Positions 45,470-59,400 are shown, numbered from the stretch's first letter. The stretch is DNA of 64,000 nt from Eledone cirrhosa (GCA_964016885.1 OZ024751.1:42656001-42720000), one strand, 5' to 3'. Notes: a model not told the origin generated them from the sequence alone. A program made the numbers and translations.

Positions 45470-45555
<86 letters not shown>

Positions 45556-45558
<3 letters not shown>

Positions 45559-45638
45559 TTTACACGACTGTATGTAAAATCCCCGGCATGTCTTTGTATT
45601 GTCCCCTTTCTTGTTGCGCCCTTGTGGCTAATAAAGAA

Positions 45639-45639
<1 letters not shown>
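45556..45639 (+). mobile_element. 3'-terminal fragment of a related Tx1 element in (TATC)n
   Basis: ctttgtattgtcccc...gcccttgtggctaataaagaaa resembles 51394-51440. (TATC)n on both sides. Confidence 0.65.
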
Positions 45640-45702
<63 letters not shown>

Positions 45703-45922
45703 CTGGGATGGACACACGCGTATAACTTGCTGAGTAAGTTCTGTTTAAATTTCTATAGAAATTCTTGTCTGATAACTTTAATTTTTGTACCATTTTGTAG
45801 AGGGACTGCCAGGTCAAACTTTGATCTGGTCAGTCTCTCAAAATATTCTACGCCTTTAGGCGAAATAGTTAAACAAAAAAAAAAAAAAGTTTTTTCTTGT
45901 TGAAAAGTCAATATTTTTTTAA

Positions 45923-47716
45923 ATGGCCGAAGCTTCTTCACCAAAATTCGAAGGAGGAAAGGGGAAGATGAACTTACAGCTTCCCCCTGCCACTGTCACA
46001 GTAGCAGAGGTCAAGAAGAAAGGTCAGCCAGAGGAAGAATTCTCTCCACCTGTTAACCGACAACTTGACGTTGCCATGGCAACAACCCAAAGAATCAGCA
46101 GCAACAGCAACAACAACAACAATGCGACGGACGAAAACAACACCAATAACAATAACAATAACAACAACAACAAGACCAATAACGGTGACAACAAAAACAA
46201 TGATAACAACAACACCACCAACGACAACAACAACAACACAAACAAACAAAATTTCTCCTTCGCCGAGACGACAAGGAAAACCCTCGACTATCTGCCAGTA
46301 GATATAACAAAAGCGAAGGAGCTACTGGCGGATGCGAAAAAATATATAGTGTACGGGGAAAATGGTTCATTCACAATCCATTCCCCCCCGGAACTAAAAA
46401 GCCAGAGACTCCTAAACACGGTCATGTTTAGGACAATCTCGAACAAAAGTAAAAAACCAGCTCAACCATCACAGAGCGAGATAGAGCTGGTTTTAAAAGA
46501 CGTCATGAAGGACATCACCTTCATTCAGAAGGATAGACTCTACGGGAGTCTATCCATTCTCATGAAGGACAGGGACACAGCAGTGAAACTGTCCATCAAA
46601 CCAATCACATCCACCGCATACACCTTCTACCCTACGTACATGGGTAGAAGAACACAAAAAATAAAAATCCACACCATCCTGCCGATTATGGACATATGGT
46701 GGGTTTTGACAGGTTTTCTGGACCTGGAGGATGACATGCTGGTGTCCATGGGAAAGGCATCGGGTGACGCGTTCAGTGGAACGAGCCTCGAACTTGTAGT
46801 TCAAATGAGGCCCGAAAGGATCGCCCAGATCCCTGAACGCGTCATACTGGATGATCTAACCTTCATCAACATTACCGTTGAGGGTAGACGGCCCTCGTGT
46901 TACCTCTGCGGAACCAGAGGTCACCTGAGGGCTGTCTGTCCCCAACTTAATAAGAAAACCCCAATCCTGCCTACACCACCAACAACTGCACAACCAACAC
47001 AATCACCACAACTACCACTACAAAAACAACCACCACAGCTCAAACCAAAACAAAACAATGTCCAACCCATCCCCTCCACTCAAAAAACAAAAACAATTTC
47101 CAAAACACCCGTACCGCAAACACAACCCGAAAACATACCCCTCCCCTCCAACGCGGAAGATGACCCTAGTTCGTCGTCAGACGAGGAGGAGCACTTCCAC
47201 ACAATCAAAAGAAAAAAAAGAAAACACACCTCAGACACACAAATGAAAAAAACCCCTCCCCAAAACATGACACTGACACCAACACAAAAGAGCTCACAAC
47301 AGCAAACAAAAAACACCACACAAAAACAAAAACATGCATACACATACATAAATACAAGAAACAAAAAACTGTGAAACATTGTGTACAACAACAATCTAAT
47401 AAAAACACAAGGGCCGAACTTCACCCAGGCAGGGGATTTCCCCCACCTCAAAATGATTAAGGCCCCACAGGACACCTATAAAACTTTAAAAAACAATTTT
47501 AAAGAGGACGTGGGTCCCCCCTGCGTCGGGCCCATTAACCGCGTCCTCCTAAAAAACTATCCCACCCCCTCCCCAAACACCCACACAACTCCAAGCTCCC
47601 CAACCACACAACACACTGATGCCCCCACACTTCCACAAACCACCACCCCACCCAACAACCCATCCCCCACCCTAATGGAAATTGTGCAGCCCGATACCCG
47701 GGACGCAGAGAGGTAA
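45923..47716 (+). CDS. Tx1 ORF1 (zinc-knuckle nucleic-acid-binding protein) with an in-frame TGA at 47372-47374
   Basis: CYLCGTRGHLRAVC (CX2CX4HX4C) at 46898-46939. The same frame resumes after the TGA and runs to TAA at 47716. Confidence 0.75.
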
Positions 47717-47740
47717 GTGCCTTTTCTCTTCACCACCAAC

Positions 47741-50700
47741 ATGGCTATGCTAAGAGTAGGCTGTTTAAATGCGCGTGGCCTGGGCTCAACTTGGAAGCAA
47801 GCAATGCTTCTAAATGACCTCAGGTCACAACGTATAGATGTGATGGTTATTTGCGAGGCCCGGATCAGCAACGTGCGACAGCTGGCCCCCACCTTTGATG
47901 ACTTTGAGATGCACGCATCTCTCTGTCAGCCCGGAGGTGGGGGTGGAGTTGTCGTTCTGCTGCAAAAACATCTGGGTCTCGCAACACAGATGGTACATTT
48001 GGACCCGGAGGGTCGACTAGTGGTTCTGGACCTTGGCAGTGGTAAAGGCGGAGCGTTTAGGTTGGTAGCCGCCTACGGCCCTTTCGGGTCAATGCGGCCG
48101 GACTTCTTCCATCGTCTGGAGACTTTTCTGGGGACGTTCCGCTCCTTGCTATTAGTGGGGGACTGGAATGGTATCCTAGATGCACGCTGGGACTACGTAG
48201 GGGCCTGCCCCGATAGAGAGGGGTGTAATAGCCTCAAAGGGTTAATCGGTCGATTTGACCTGGCCGATAGATATCGACTAGATTTTCCGACTGCGCCAAC
48301 CTGGACTTGGGCAAATCGTAGCGGATCATCTAGGTCGTACCTAGATAGGTTCTTAGTTAGAATTAAGGATAAGGACTTTTTAAGTTGTCCAAAAATGCGC
48401 ATGGTTGGCTATTCAGACCACAAATTAGTGACCTGCATGGTCAACCTTGACAGAACTCATAGACAGGGCCCCGGTTACTGGAAGCTCAACTTGTCCTTGC
48501 CGGCAAGTAGAGCCTACAGGAATCGGATTAGTACGTTAGTTAAGGAACGGTTGACTGGAGCGATCGTCAACAGCAGGTGGTGGGTATCTCTAAAGAGAGA
48601 GATTAGAGTAGTCTCGATAAAATTTAGTAAGGTTCTAGCTGCGGATAGGAATAGGAAGGAAAGGGAGCTAATAGATAGAGTAGAAGAGGCAATTAGAAGC
48701 GGCGACGTGGCCAGAGTGCTAGCGTCGAGAACGGCTTTGAGCCAGTTTTTCGACGCGAAGCACGAAGGCTGCGTTGTCCGAAGTAAAATACGTGCTCTAG
48801 GGAACGAGGGGACCAAAGCTGTTAGCTGGGCCCGCGTGACAGAGGCCAACAGTGGAACTAAATCCACCATCCGGTCTTTGCGAGACCTGGATGGACGGGC
48901 GATTCTTGAGCCTAAGCAGATGTGTGAGGCCTTTCAAAGGCACTTTGCCCGACTGTTCGGGAGGGGCGGGGAGCCGGTTGGGAACGTGGACTTCGGTCCA
49001 TACCTCGACGGCCTGCCGCGCCTCTCGGACAGGGAGGCGAAGTCCTGCGAGGAGCCGATTTCGGCCGCTGAGATAGAGGACGTGCTGAGCCAATGCGGCA
49101 AACGCAAATCCCCGGGTCTCGATGGTCTTCCTTACGAATTATATCTAGCTATGCCGGACTTGTTCCCCGATCTCCTCGAGGCGGTCTACTGCAACTGGCA
49201 AAAGAACGGGAGAATTCCCTGTACTGTGACCAAGGGCGTAGTCACGCTAGTGAGGAAGGACGAGAACAAGGGGGACGAAATAAGTAACTTCAGGCCCATA
49301 ACACTGCTAAATACAGAGTTACAGATTTTGGCCAAGGTGCTAGCAAAGAGGTTGGCGCTTGTCGTGGGCAACCTGGTGGGAGATGCGCAGACATGCGCTA
49401 TCCCGTCCAGGTCCATCCATGACAACCTCCACCTCATGCGATACATCATAGAGAGGGTTGGGAACGAACCCGGCTTTGGTGGGGCTCTGATCAACTTGGA
49501 TCAATCTAAGGCGTTCGATAGGGTCGACCATGGTTACCTGGATGCGGTGCTAGCGGCGGCAGGCTTCGGACCCGTTTTCAGGGGCTGGATCACTGCTATG
49601 CACAGCAGCCGCATCTGCTCTAGGGTCAAGGTGAACGGCTACCTCTCGGAGCCGTTCAAAATCGCGCGGTCCATCCGACAGGGGTGCCCTCTCTCCTCCC
49701 TTCTGTATGTGTTGACTCTCGAGCCACTACTGCGGAAGTTGGAGTTGTTGCAGGGCATCCCTTTGGAACCGGGATTGCGGAAAGCGGTGTCGGCCTACGC
49801 CGATGACGTGACAGTAATGGTGTCGACGGCCTCCGAAATCGAGGCGGTCGGCACCTTACTGGAGGAGTACGAAAAGTTCACAGGGGCTAAGCTGAACCGG
49901 GACAAGTCGATCGGTTTGCAACTCGGCACGTGGAGGGGCAGACCGATGCCCTCCGATGGCGTCGTCGGACGCTGGACGGAGGGCCCGGTGAAGTTGCTCG
50001 GGGTCTGGTTCGGACCGGACCTCCAGGTGGAGAAAAACTGGGCGGAGGTTACGAACAGGGTGTTTGCACTGACCCAGAAGTGGGCCAGTTGCAAACTATC
50101 CCTGAAAGGTCGGGCGGAGGTGGCGAACACCTACATAGCGTCCGTCATCTACTACCGCCTGACCGTAGTGCCCTGCCCAAGGGAAACCCTCACCAAGATG
50201 GAGCGCGCGCTCTTCCAATTCCTTTGGAAGAGGCGGGCTCTTATGGTGAGGAGATCCATCTGCTGTCAACACCCTTCGAAAGGAGGGCTGGGGATGCCGT
50301 GGCTAATGATGCGTAAACACGCATTAAGGCTACGGCACCTCTACGTATTCCTCACCGGACAACCGGTGTGGGCCTCGTTTGTGAGGCGAACCTTTCCCAG
50401 ACTCGTCTCACTCACCGAGCTGCAATCCTGGGTCAAGCAAAGACCGAGAAAACTGGGCGCCTGGCACACTGAGTGTGCCCAGGCGCTCACCGCCCTCTGG
50501 CAGGCGGATCCGGTTATCAGTGGAGACTCCACCGCAACATTCTATAGAGGGCTGGTACGCAGCAGGTGCGACGACGCGCTCGGAGAAGCCCTAGACATGG
50601 AGGAGGACGAACTGGCCAGCCTGTTCGGTAGGACATTCAGCCCGGGACCTATGGACAACTTCCAGAAGTCCCTGGCCTGGCAGTGCTACCGAGGGGCTTT

Positions 50701-51178
50701 ACCCGTTCGAGAAAGGCTCTACAGACACGGGCGCCCGGGTAGGGACCCCGCCAAAAAGATCTGTCCCAGATGCGTGTGCGACGAGGAAACCGTTGCACAC
50801 GCATTGGTACACTGCTCGGGCGTAGCCGATCTGTGGGGCTATGTCGAACAACTGCTGTCAAGGGTGGGACCGATCCGGTTGACCACCGAGTCTATTGTAA
50901 TGATCAAGCCGCCTCCCCCCTTCAAAGATGAAGCAGAGGCGGTGTTTCTGTGCGTAATAGCCATGGCGAAAGAGGTTGTATGGTGGACGCGTCTGAAAGG
51001 ACTGAGGTCAGGCACCTTTCTCTCTGGCCAACAACTGGTCCGTTTCTTCCGATATCATTTCGGAAGAAGGATCAGGATGGAGAGAGAGGTGCTGCACCCC
51101 AGCCGTTTCTATGAAAGATGGGTGAAAGTGGCGAGAATGGCCCGTGTGAATGGGCCTTCACTCTACATCAGACTATAG
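47741..51178 (+). CDS. Tx1 ORF2: APE endonuclease, reverse transcriptase and CCHC domain
   Basis: GCLNARGL, ICEAR, GDWN, YLDRF, SDHK (APE); KSPGLDGL, RPITLLN, DQSKAFDRVDH, RQGCPLS, YADD (RT); CPRC-ETVAHALVHC. First ATG at 47741, and the frame is uninterrupted. Confidence 0.95.
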   Translation: MAMLRVGCLNARGLGSTWKQAMLLNDLRSQRIDVMVICEARISNVRQLAPTFDDFEMHASLCQPGGGGGVVVLLQKHLGLATQMVHLDPEGRLVVLDLGSGKGGAFRLVAAYGPFGSMRPDFFHRLETFLGTFRSLLLVGDWNGILDARWDYVGACPDREGCNSLKGLIGRFDLADRYRLDFPTAPTWTWANRSGSSRSYLDRFLVRIKDKDFLSCPKMRMVGYSDHKLVTCMVNLDRTHRQGPGYWKLNLSLPASRAYRNRISTLVKERLTGAIVNSRWWVSLKREIRVVSIKFSKVLAADRNRKERELIDRVEEAIRSGDVARVLASRTALSQFFDAKHEGCVVRSKIRALGNEGTKAVSWARVTEANSGTKSTIRSLRDLDGRAILEPKQMCEAFQRHFARLFGRGGEPVGNVDFGPYLDGLPRLSDREAKSCEEPISAAEIEDVLSQCGKRKSPGLDGLPYELYLAMPDLFPDLLEAVYCNWQKNGRIPCTVTKGVVTLVRKDENKGDEISNFRPITLLNTELQILAKVLAKRLALVVGNLVGDAQTCAIPSRSIHDNLHLMRYIIERVGNEPGFGGALINLDQSKAFDRVDHGYLDAVLAAAGFGPVFRGWITAMHSSRICSRVKVNGYLSEPFKIARSIRQGCPLSSLLYVLTLEPLLRKLELLQGIPLEPGLRKAVSAYADDVTVMVSTASEIEAVGTLLEEYEKFTGAKLNRDKSIGLQLGTWRGRPMPSDGVVGRWTEGPVKLLGVWFGPDLQVEKNWAEVTNRVFALTQKWASCKLSLKGRAEVANTYIASVIYYRLTVVPCPRETLTKMERALFQFLWKRRALMVRRSICCQHPSKGGLGMPWLMMRKHALRLRHLYVFLTGQPVWASFVRRTFPRLVSLTELQSWVKQRPRKLGAWHTECAQALTALWQADPVISGDSTATFYRGLVRSRCDDALGEALDMEEDELASLFGRTFSPGPMDNFQKSLAWQCYRGALPVRERLYRHGRPGRDPAKKICPRCVCDEETVAHALVHCSGVADLWGYVEQLLSRVGPIRLTTESIVMIKPPPPFKDEAEAVFLCVIAMAKEVVWWTRLKGLRSGTFLSGQQLVRFFRYHFGRRIRMEREVLHPSRFYERWVKVARMARVNGPSLYIRL

Positions 51179-51442
51179 GTGAGGAAGATGAAAGACCAAG
51201 GGAGCACCCCTTCTCTGTGCTCCTGAGGAGAAGGGTTGCACACTTTTTTCGGGGGTGTGTGCGACCCCCCAAGGCGCCTCCTCTCTATTGAGGATTTTGT
51301 TAAAAATTTTATTTTTTGTTATATCTTATTTTATTTTTATATTTTGTTATTGCCTCCTCCTTATTGAGGACGCCTTTTTGTGTAAACTCCCCCCTTTGTA
51401 CTTGTCCCACTTTTGATGCCCTAGTGGCAAATAAAAGAAACA

Positions 51443-51491
<49 letters not shown>

Positions 51492-51627
51492 CTCTATCTA
51501 TCTTATTCGTTTTTTCCCGTTCTTTGCCAGCGAACGTTTCCACGAACCAAAGTATCGTCTTCCTGTCTTCCTCCGGTTGCAACGTTTTTTGAAATATCCA
51601 CTTCTGCGTTTACAGATTGACTTTGTT

Positions 51628-51678
51628 AGTTTCAGAAGATCCCGTTAAGGGTGAAAGCAGCGATTCTTTGCTTAAACT
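51628..51678 (+). ncRNA. Hammerhead-like motif, family E (U4A core variant)
   Basis: AGTTT-CAGAAGA-T-CCC-GTTAA-GGG-T-GAA-AGCA-gcgattctt-TGCT-T-AAACT: all three stems pair. Confidence 0.55.
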
Positions 51679-51785
51679 TTAATCTGTTATTTTAATAAAT
51701 ATTTGCTCTACGGTTCTTATATATTTGATATATATTTATCCTTATCGAGCCCTCTTTGGATTTTAGTCTTGAAATTTATTATTAT

Positions 51786-51820
<35 letters not shown>

Positions 51821-51823
<3 letters not shown>

Positions 51824-52803
51824 TAGCGGACTGGCCAGGCTGCCAGGGGGCCCAGGGTAGCATTGCAAGAGCCCACAGTAGCATTGCAGGGCCCACTATA
51901 GTATTTTAGGGACCAATACTTTGCTTTCAAAAAATACCTGAAATCTAAGAGAAAGAATAAAATAAAAAAAATAAGAAAATAAAACAATTAAGCAAAGCAT
52001 TGGGTCAACCAAGGAGAGAGGGGGGGGGGGGGGGAGAGATGAGGTGTGACAGAAATGAAACATGGATTACAGGTTAAAATGTAGTCTAGATAGATGTGAA
52101 ACAAAACGAGGATTAGTTTATGGAACACCCAAATGATTTAGAAGTCGACCTTAAGTAGGAGCAATAACATTAAGAAAGACATGAACGACACCACATGATT
52201 GTGTATTGAACATTTTGAAAGTAGGTTTATAGGTAAGAATTTTCATACGGTTTTCGTAGTTGTCTCTGTGACCTAGTGGTAGGTACTGGAGACGGTGGAG
52301 GTCCTGGTCTTGAGTTCAATCCTGGTCGAATGTAACATTTGTCAGTTTTTATTTTACAACCAATAAAAAAAAATCTTAAAAGTTTTACCGGGAATTCTAC
52401 TCCCGACCAGGATCGAACTTCAGACCTGGATCACCACCGTCTATGACTCCTCCAACTAGGCCACAGAGACAGCTACAAAAACATAATGAAAATTGATAAT
52501 TATAAACCTACTTTCAAAATCAAAGATGTGGTGTCGTTCACGGCTTTCCCAGAGCTATTAGTAATATTTAGGGTCAACTTCTGGTCATTATTGAAAGTCT
52601 CTGGATCTCGCGAAATACATAATATTTTTTATTGGAGAAGGTAAGATATTTTTCCGCAAAAATTTGATTGCAATGTTTTGTTTCCACTTATGTATTTTTC
52701 GAAAATGTTATTTATTCATTATAAAAATTAAATGATAGCATTCCATATGTAGGTGGGCCCCCTTCATTTCCTGGCAACCAATATTATTAGACTCAGTCCG
52801 CCA

Positions 52804-52806
<3 letters not shown>
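51821..52806. mobile_element. Non-autonomous hAT-like DNA transposon in (TA)n
   Basis: TIRs CAGTAGCGGACTG and CAGTCCGCCACTG, subterminal GGGCCC motifs, TA flanks compatible with an 8-bp TSD. Confidence 0.7.
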
Positions 52807-52844
<38 letters not shown>

Positions 52845-52862
52845 TGCATATATATACACACG

Positions 52863-52929
<67 letters not shown>

Positions 52930-52999
52930 ATATGTATATACGAGAATAAGTTGAAAATTGTATATTTTGTAAGTAGTACAGAATATCTTAAATATATTT

Positions 53000-54535
53000 G
53001 ATCAAGTTTTGGTGAATGAAAGTGCATATACTGTAGAGGCTATACATGTTATACCTCAAACCTATTTAAAAATGTATACATTTTTAAATTTCTAACTGAA
53101 ACATATCGAACAGGTGCGAAATATCAATTATCGCATGAGAAAAGTTGAAAATTAAATATTCTAAAATGTACAGAATCTCTTCGCTGATCTATTCCAGCAG
53201 GACTTGTGGGGGAGAGGAGGAGAGGTGGGTGAATATATTTATTGGAATTTTATATTTCATAACCTAGTTGAAAACAGCTAAACATTGATAATTCTAAAAA
53301 ATCCCCTGCAGGTGAAAATAGCAATTTTTGCACACAAGAATAGATTAGAATTATATATTCTAAATAGTGAAATCTCTTAAATGATCTTCTTTAACAGGTT
53401 TTGGTGGGTGAAAATGAAAATCTGTGGAGGAATTTTACGTTTTATATCTTGCTGACAATTGGTTAAAAACATGGTACAAAACATCAATTTTCACACAGGA
53501 AAAATACCGAAAAATATAGCACTTCGTAAATCATCTAATTTACCAAGTTTTTTTCGATGAAGGTGAATATATTTGCAAAAACAATTTTACATTAAATAAT
53601 TTACTTGCAAATGGCTAAACTTTGAACATTTTAACTATACTATAAAATATTCACAAGGGAGAAAATCTAAAACTTCTAAAACGTATAGAGTATTTTAAAT
53701 GATCCAATTTTATCAGATTTTAGTGAGTGTATAGGCGAATATATTTATAGGAATTTTATATTTTATAACCTGCTTGTAAATGGCTGGAAATTGAATATTC
53801 TAACACGAGCAAAATATTCTAACATGACAGAAACATTAAAACAAAACAAATACAAAACGTCTGATTGATTGCATTTGAAGAAATCCTCAAATGATATATA
53901 GAAGTGAATCCAAACATGTGCGCCAGAATTTCTTAAATTATTCATTCTAGCGCTTATTCAAATTTTACATTTTTATATCAACTTGAAAATGCCCACCAGA
54001 AAAAAAAAAAAAATACAATATCGTATATGAGTTGAGTAAATTAGAAATTTATGTATTCTGTTAGGAGAAGAAATCTTGTAAATTAACCATTTTTTTTTTA
54101 GCAGGTGTGAATGTGAATATATTTGTAAGGGTGATATATTTTATAACCTGTTGAAAATGGCCAACTATTCAACACTCTAACGTGAATGGAAATGTTGAGT
54201 GAAAAAATATCAATGTTTGCGGATGATAAAATTAAGAATTTTACATTTTATAGCCTGGTTGAAGATGCCTAACTATTCAAAATGTTAACGGGGTTGTTGT
54301 GTGAAGTATATCAATGTTCGCATATCATAAAATTAAGAATGTTACATTAAATTACCTAGTTGAAAACGTGTAGTTATTTAAAATTCTAATAGGTGGTAAA
54401 TCACAAATATTTTTGTGTATGAGAAAATATGAAATTTATAAGTAAAAGTCGTGGATTTTAGCATTGTTTTCGGAAGGTGGGAGTTTAAATAGAGTATGTT
54501 TGTTGGAAGTCTACATTTTATAATCTACTGCAAAT
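53000..54535. repeat. Old degenerate AT-rich tandem repeat
   Basis: Recurring gaatatattt...ggaattttatattt(c/t)ataacct(a/g)gttgaaaa motif at roughly 100-190-bp spacing. Confidence 0.55.
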
Positions 54536-54764
54536 ATCTAGATTGAAATCCACCCCAGAGAATGTTTGAACGCAGTAACGTCAGTTATAGAACAGAACAC
54601 AAATTTATTACAACATTTTCTTTTTCATATAGTGCCAATGTATCAACCTGAATTCAACGAAATCTGATCGCAGAGATCTCTGTGGTGGAACAAACAGTAA
54701 ATAAATATTGTCTTGGTGTTGGATGTATATATGTTTGTAATAGTTGGGGCTTTACCTGGGGGTT

Positions 54765-54905
54765 TAGCTGGGGGTTTAACCCAGCGATGGACTGGGGTCC
54801 TGTCCAAGGAGGGGGGGGGAGGGGGGAGGGGCATCTAGAACTCTCAGTTGCTTAACGCCACGAAAACCGGGATAAGCACCAGCTTCATGAGCCTACAGGT
54901 TCGAG
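54765..54905 (+). mobile_element. SINE fragment with Deu/Nin-like domain
   Basis: aacccagcgatggactggggtcctgtccaagg...gccacgaaaaccgggataagc. Confidence 0.5.
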
Positions 54906-54979
54906 CCAGTCTTTAGACTTTTCTTTAGAGTGTGATATGAGGAATGTTTGGCTGCTATTTCTAACAGACAGAACAAGTG

Positions 54980-55014
<35 letters not shown>

Positions 55015-55266
55015 ACTTTAATGAGCTTAATTAACAGCAACAATGATCAATAGATCTCTATCAATGAAGAAGAAAAATTAATTAACTGTCATTACTTTAA
55101 GTAGGGGTGTGTATGTGTGTTTATATGTGTGTGTGTGTAAATGTGGTCATGTAGATAAGCGTATGTGTACGTTTGTATGTGTATATGTGTGTATGTGCGT
55201 GTTAGTGTGTAAGCGTAGAATTCTTAACGATGGCAAATGAGAGGGGCTATGTTACGAAAGCGCTGA

Positions 55267-55302
<36 letters not shown>

Positions 55303-55524
55303 ACACACACATATAGTGGTTTAGTCATATGAGGAAATGCTGTGTCCTTTGTCTTTTGTGTGATCTCAGCGACTGTTGAATGGAGTTCAGAATGAGAAAA
55401 AATCCCACACACCCTGGGTTTCTGTTCTTGGAAATAATATATGAAGATGTGGAGCCATTCCCACCACTCAATGGTGGCATCATAATGGACCCTCGATAAA
55501 GTTAACCAAACGCCCTGAGGTTTG

Positions 55525-55778
55525 TGTGTGTGTGTGACAGCTCCCACCTATGCAGGTTTAGCTGGCCTCTTCTAAGGTATATCTCATTGGAGGTATCTTG
55601 GCGATTTAATGATAGGGACCCCAGTCCTATCATCTCATTTCTACAGCTGAGTAAACTGGAGCAACGTGAAATAAAGTGTCTTGCTCAAGGAAACAACACA
55701 CCACCCGTTGCGAGAATTGAACTCACAACCTTTCGATTGCAAGCCCAATGTTCTAACCACTGAGCAATGCGCCTTCAT
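55525..55778 (-). mobile_element. SINE family S2 variant (near-identical copy at 63655-63887)
   Basis: ggagcaacgtgaaataaagtgtcttgctcaaggaaacaac...gaattgaactcacaacc. Confidence 0.8.
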
Positions 55779-56544
55779 AGTGGTCTAGTTTAATGGAAGA
55801 TGAAATAATTTAATTTAACACTAGAATATTTACAGTTTATTTGTGACAAATTATATTCTCATGGTATTCACATGAATCGGCTCGAGACTCTGGCATAGAG
55901 CAATCTTCTCAAAATATGTTGCTTGGTAGATGCGAACTCGGGACCACAGGATTGTATAGGAGATTTCTTAAACACACGATCACGATATCATTTAAATATG
56001 GCTTTGTTTATCGACCCAAGGTGGAAGAAACAGAATGTCGACTTTAAAGATATTTGATCTCAGAATATAGAAAGACGAACGTAAACATTGTGTATCACCA
56101 CAGGTCAGTTGACATATCTTAAATAAATGATGAATAAATAAATAAATGAGTGACCCTGGACGTGGTCGATTACATGTCTAGATGTAGCAGTTAAATTTCC
56201 CTCACAGATCATATCCTACTCTTATAAGAATTAGAAAGTATGATGCATTTGACAATTTAATCTGAGATATACTGTGTCTGATAAGAAAAAAAAAAAAATC
56301 AACGAGGGAGCCTGTAAGTGGACGTTTGCATGTCTAGATATAGCAGTCTAATTGCCCTCAAATCCCAATCTACTTTCATTAGAATTAGAAAGTAAGACAA
56401 ATTTGATAATCTAATCCTAGGTAGAGAAGGTGGGAATGATGGTGGTGGTGGTGGTGGTGGATAGTACGGAAGGTGGGAATGATGGTGGTGGTGGTGGTGG
56501 TGGATAGTACGGAAGGTGGGAATGATGATGGTGGTGGTGGTGGT

Positions 56545-57070
56545 GTATGGCAGGTAAGGTGGAAGACATTGTCACTAATATTTATATAGAGGTGGTGGTA
56601 GGGTGGTGGTAGGGTGGTGGTAAGGTGGTGGTAGGGTGGTGGTAAGGTGGTGGTAAGGTGGTGGTAGGGTGGTGGTAGGGTGGTGGTAAGGTGGTGGTAA
56701 GGTGGTGGTAGGGTGGTGGTAGGGTGGTGGTAGGGTGGTGGTAAGGTGGAAGACATTGTCACTAATATTTATATAGAGGTGGTGGTAGGGTGGTGGTAGG
56801 GTGGTGGTAAGGTGGTGGTAGGGTGGTGGTAGGGTGGTGGTAAGGTGGTGGTAAGGTGGTGGTAGGGTGGTGGTAGGGTGGTGGTAAGGTGGTGGTAGGG
56901 TGGAAGACATTGTCACTAATATTTATATAGAGGTGGTGGTAGGGTGGTGGTAAGGTGGTGGTAGGGTGGAAGACATTGTCACTAATATTTATATAGAGGT
57001 GGTGGTAGGGTGGTGGTAGGGTTGTGGTAGGGTGGTGGTAGGGTGGTGGTAGGGTGGTGGTAGGGTGGTA
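56545..57070. repeat. G-rich 11-bp repeat (GGTGGTGGTAR) with gaagacattgtcactaatatttatataga spacers
   Basis: Direct inspection. Confidence 0.9.
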
Positions 57071-57423
57071 ATGGCTGCTAAGGAGGGAGACGCTGTCACT
57101 ATCATTTGTGTAGAGACACGACTCTATTGACTGAGACGCAGCAAAGGACAAGATAAAGAGATATTCTATTTCTTCACCTCATCTAATTAGTTGTTATTCA
57201 TAGCTTATTGAACAACAACCCAATACACAGAAAGGTCACTGACCCCCCCTCTCACTACACCTACCACTAATGGAACTCTCTCTCTCTACTCTTTATATCA
57301 TTTCATATTTCTCTCTCTATCCATGTCACTATATCTATTGTCATTGATTTATCTTTCTTTCTTTCTTTCTCTCTCTCTCTCACACTCTGTCTGTCCATCT
57401 CTCTGTCTCTTTCTCTCCCTGTT

Positions 57424-57478
<55 letters not shown>

Positions 57479-57483
57479 GTAAA

Positions 57484-57525
<42 letters not shown>

Positions 57526-57526
57526 A

Positions 57527-57559
<33 letters not shown>

Positions 57560-57683
57560 CACACATGCATATATATATATACATTTATATATATCTCTCT
57601 CTATATAAATACATATACACACACTCACACACACACATGGACACACACATACACACACAGACACACACACAGACACACACACA

Positions 57684-57770
<87 letters not shown>

Positions 57771-58229
57771 GGGAAGGGAAGCAGTTGGATGCAAGTGCGT
57801 GTTTAGTTTTTTCTTTTGTATGACTGTACCTCAGTGTCTATCTCGAAGCCATATCAGAAGAGAGAGAGAGAGAGAGTGTGTGTGTGTGTGAGAGAGAGAG
57901 AGAAAGAGTATGTGTGTGAGAGAGAGAGAGAGAGGGAGAGAGAGAGAAAGAGTATATGTGTGAGAGAGAGAGAGAGAGAGAGGAAGAGACCAGCCTGAAA
58001 CTTCGATGTCACTACCATCTTTCTACCCACAAAATTAAATCTCCATTCATCTTCCAACTCGTACCGAGCATTTATTCATTTGTTTTGAATGTTATAAGTA
58101 TGACGACACACACATACACACACACACACACATACAGACACACACACACACATACAGACACACACACATACCGACACACACATACATACACACACACACA
58201 GACACACACATATATATATATATATATGT

Positions 58230-59100
<871 letters not shown>

Positions 59101-59189
59101 TGCACTGACAGACACGTATTATGCCTTCCACCACATACACACACATACAGTGTATTTCATTATCAAGAACTATCAGTATTTTGTGCCTA

Positions 59190-59254
<65 letters not shown>

Positions 59255-59326
59255 TGTATATATATATATATATATATATGATATATATATATGAAATATA
59301 TATATATCATATATATATATATATGG

Positions 59327-59400
<74 letters not shown>

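Larger units (their letters stand above)
45703..51442 (+). mobile_element. Near full-length Tx1/L1-clade LINE inserted in (TATC)n
   Basis: Two-ORF structure, 3' UTR ending aataaaagaaa, (TATC)n on both flanks. Confidence 0.9.

Noticed and set aside
56570-57065. Telomeric repeat
   Set aside because: The unit is GGTGGTGGTAR, not TTAGGG.
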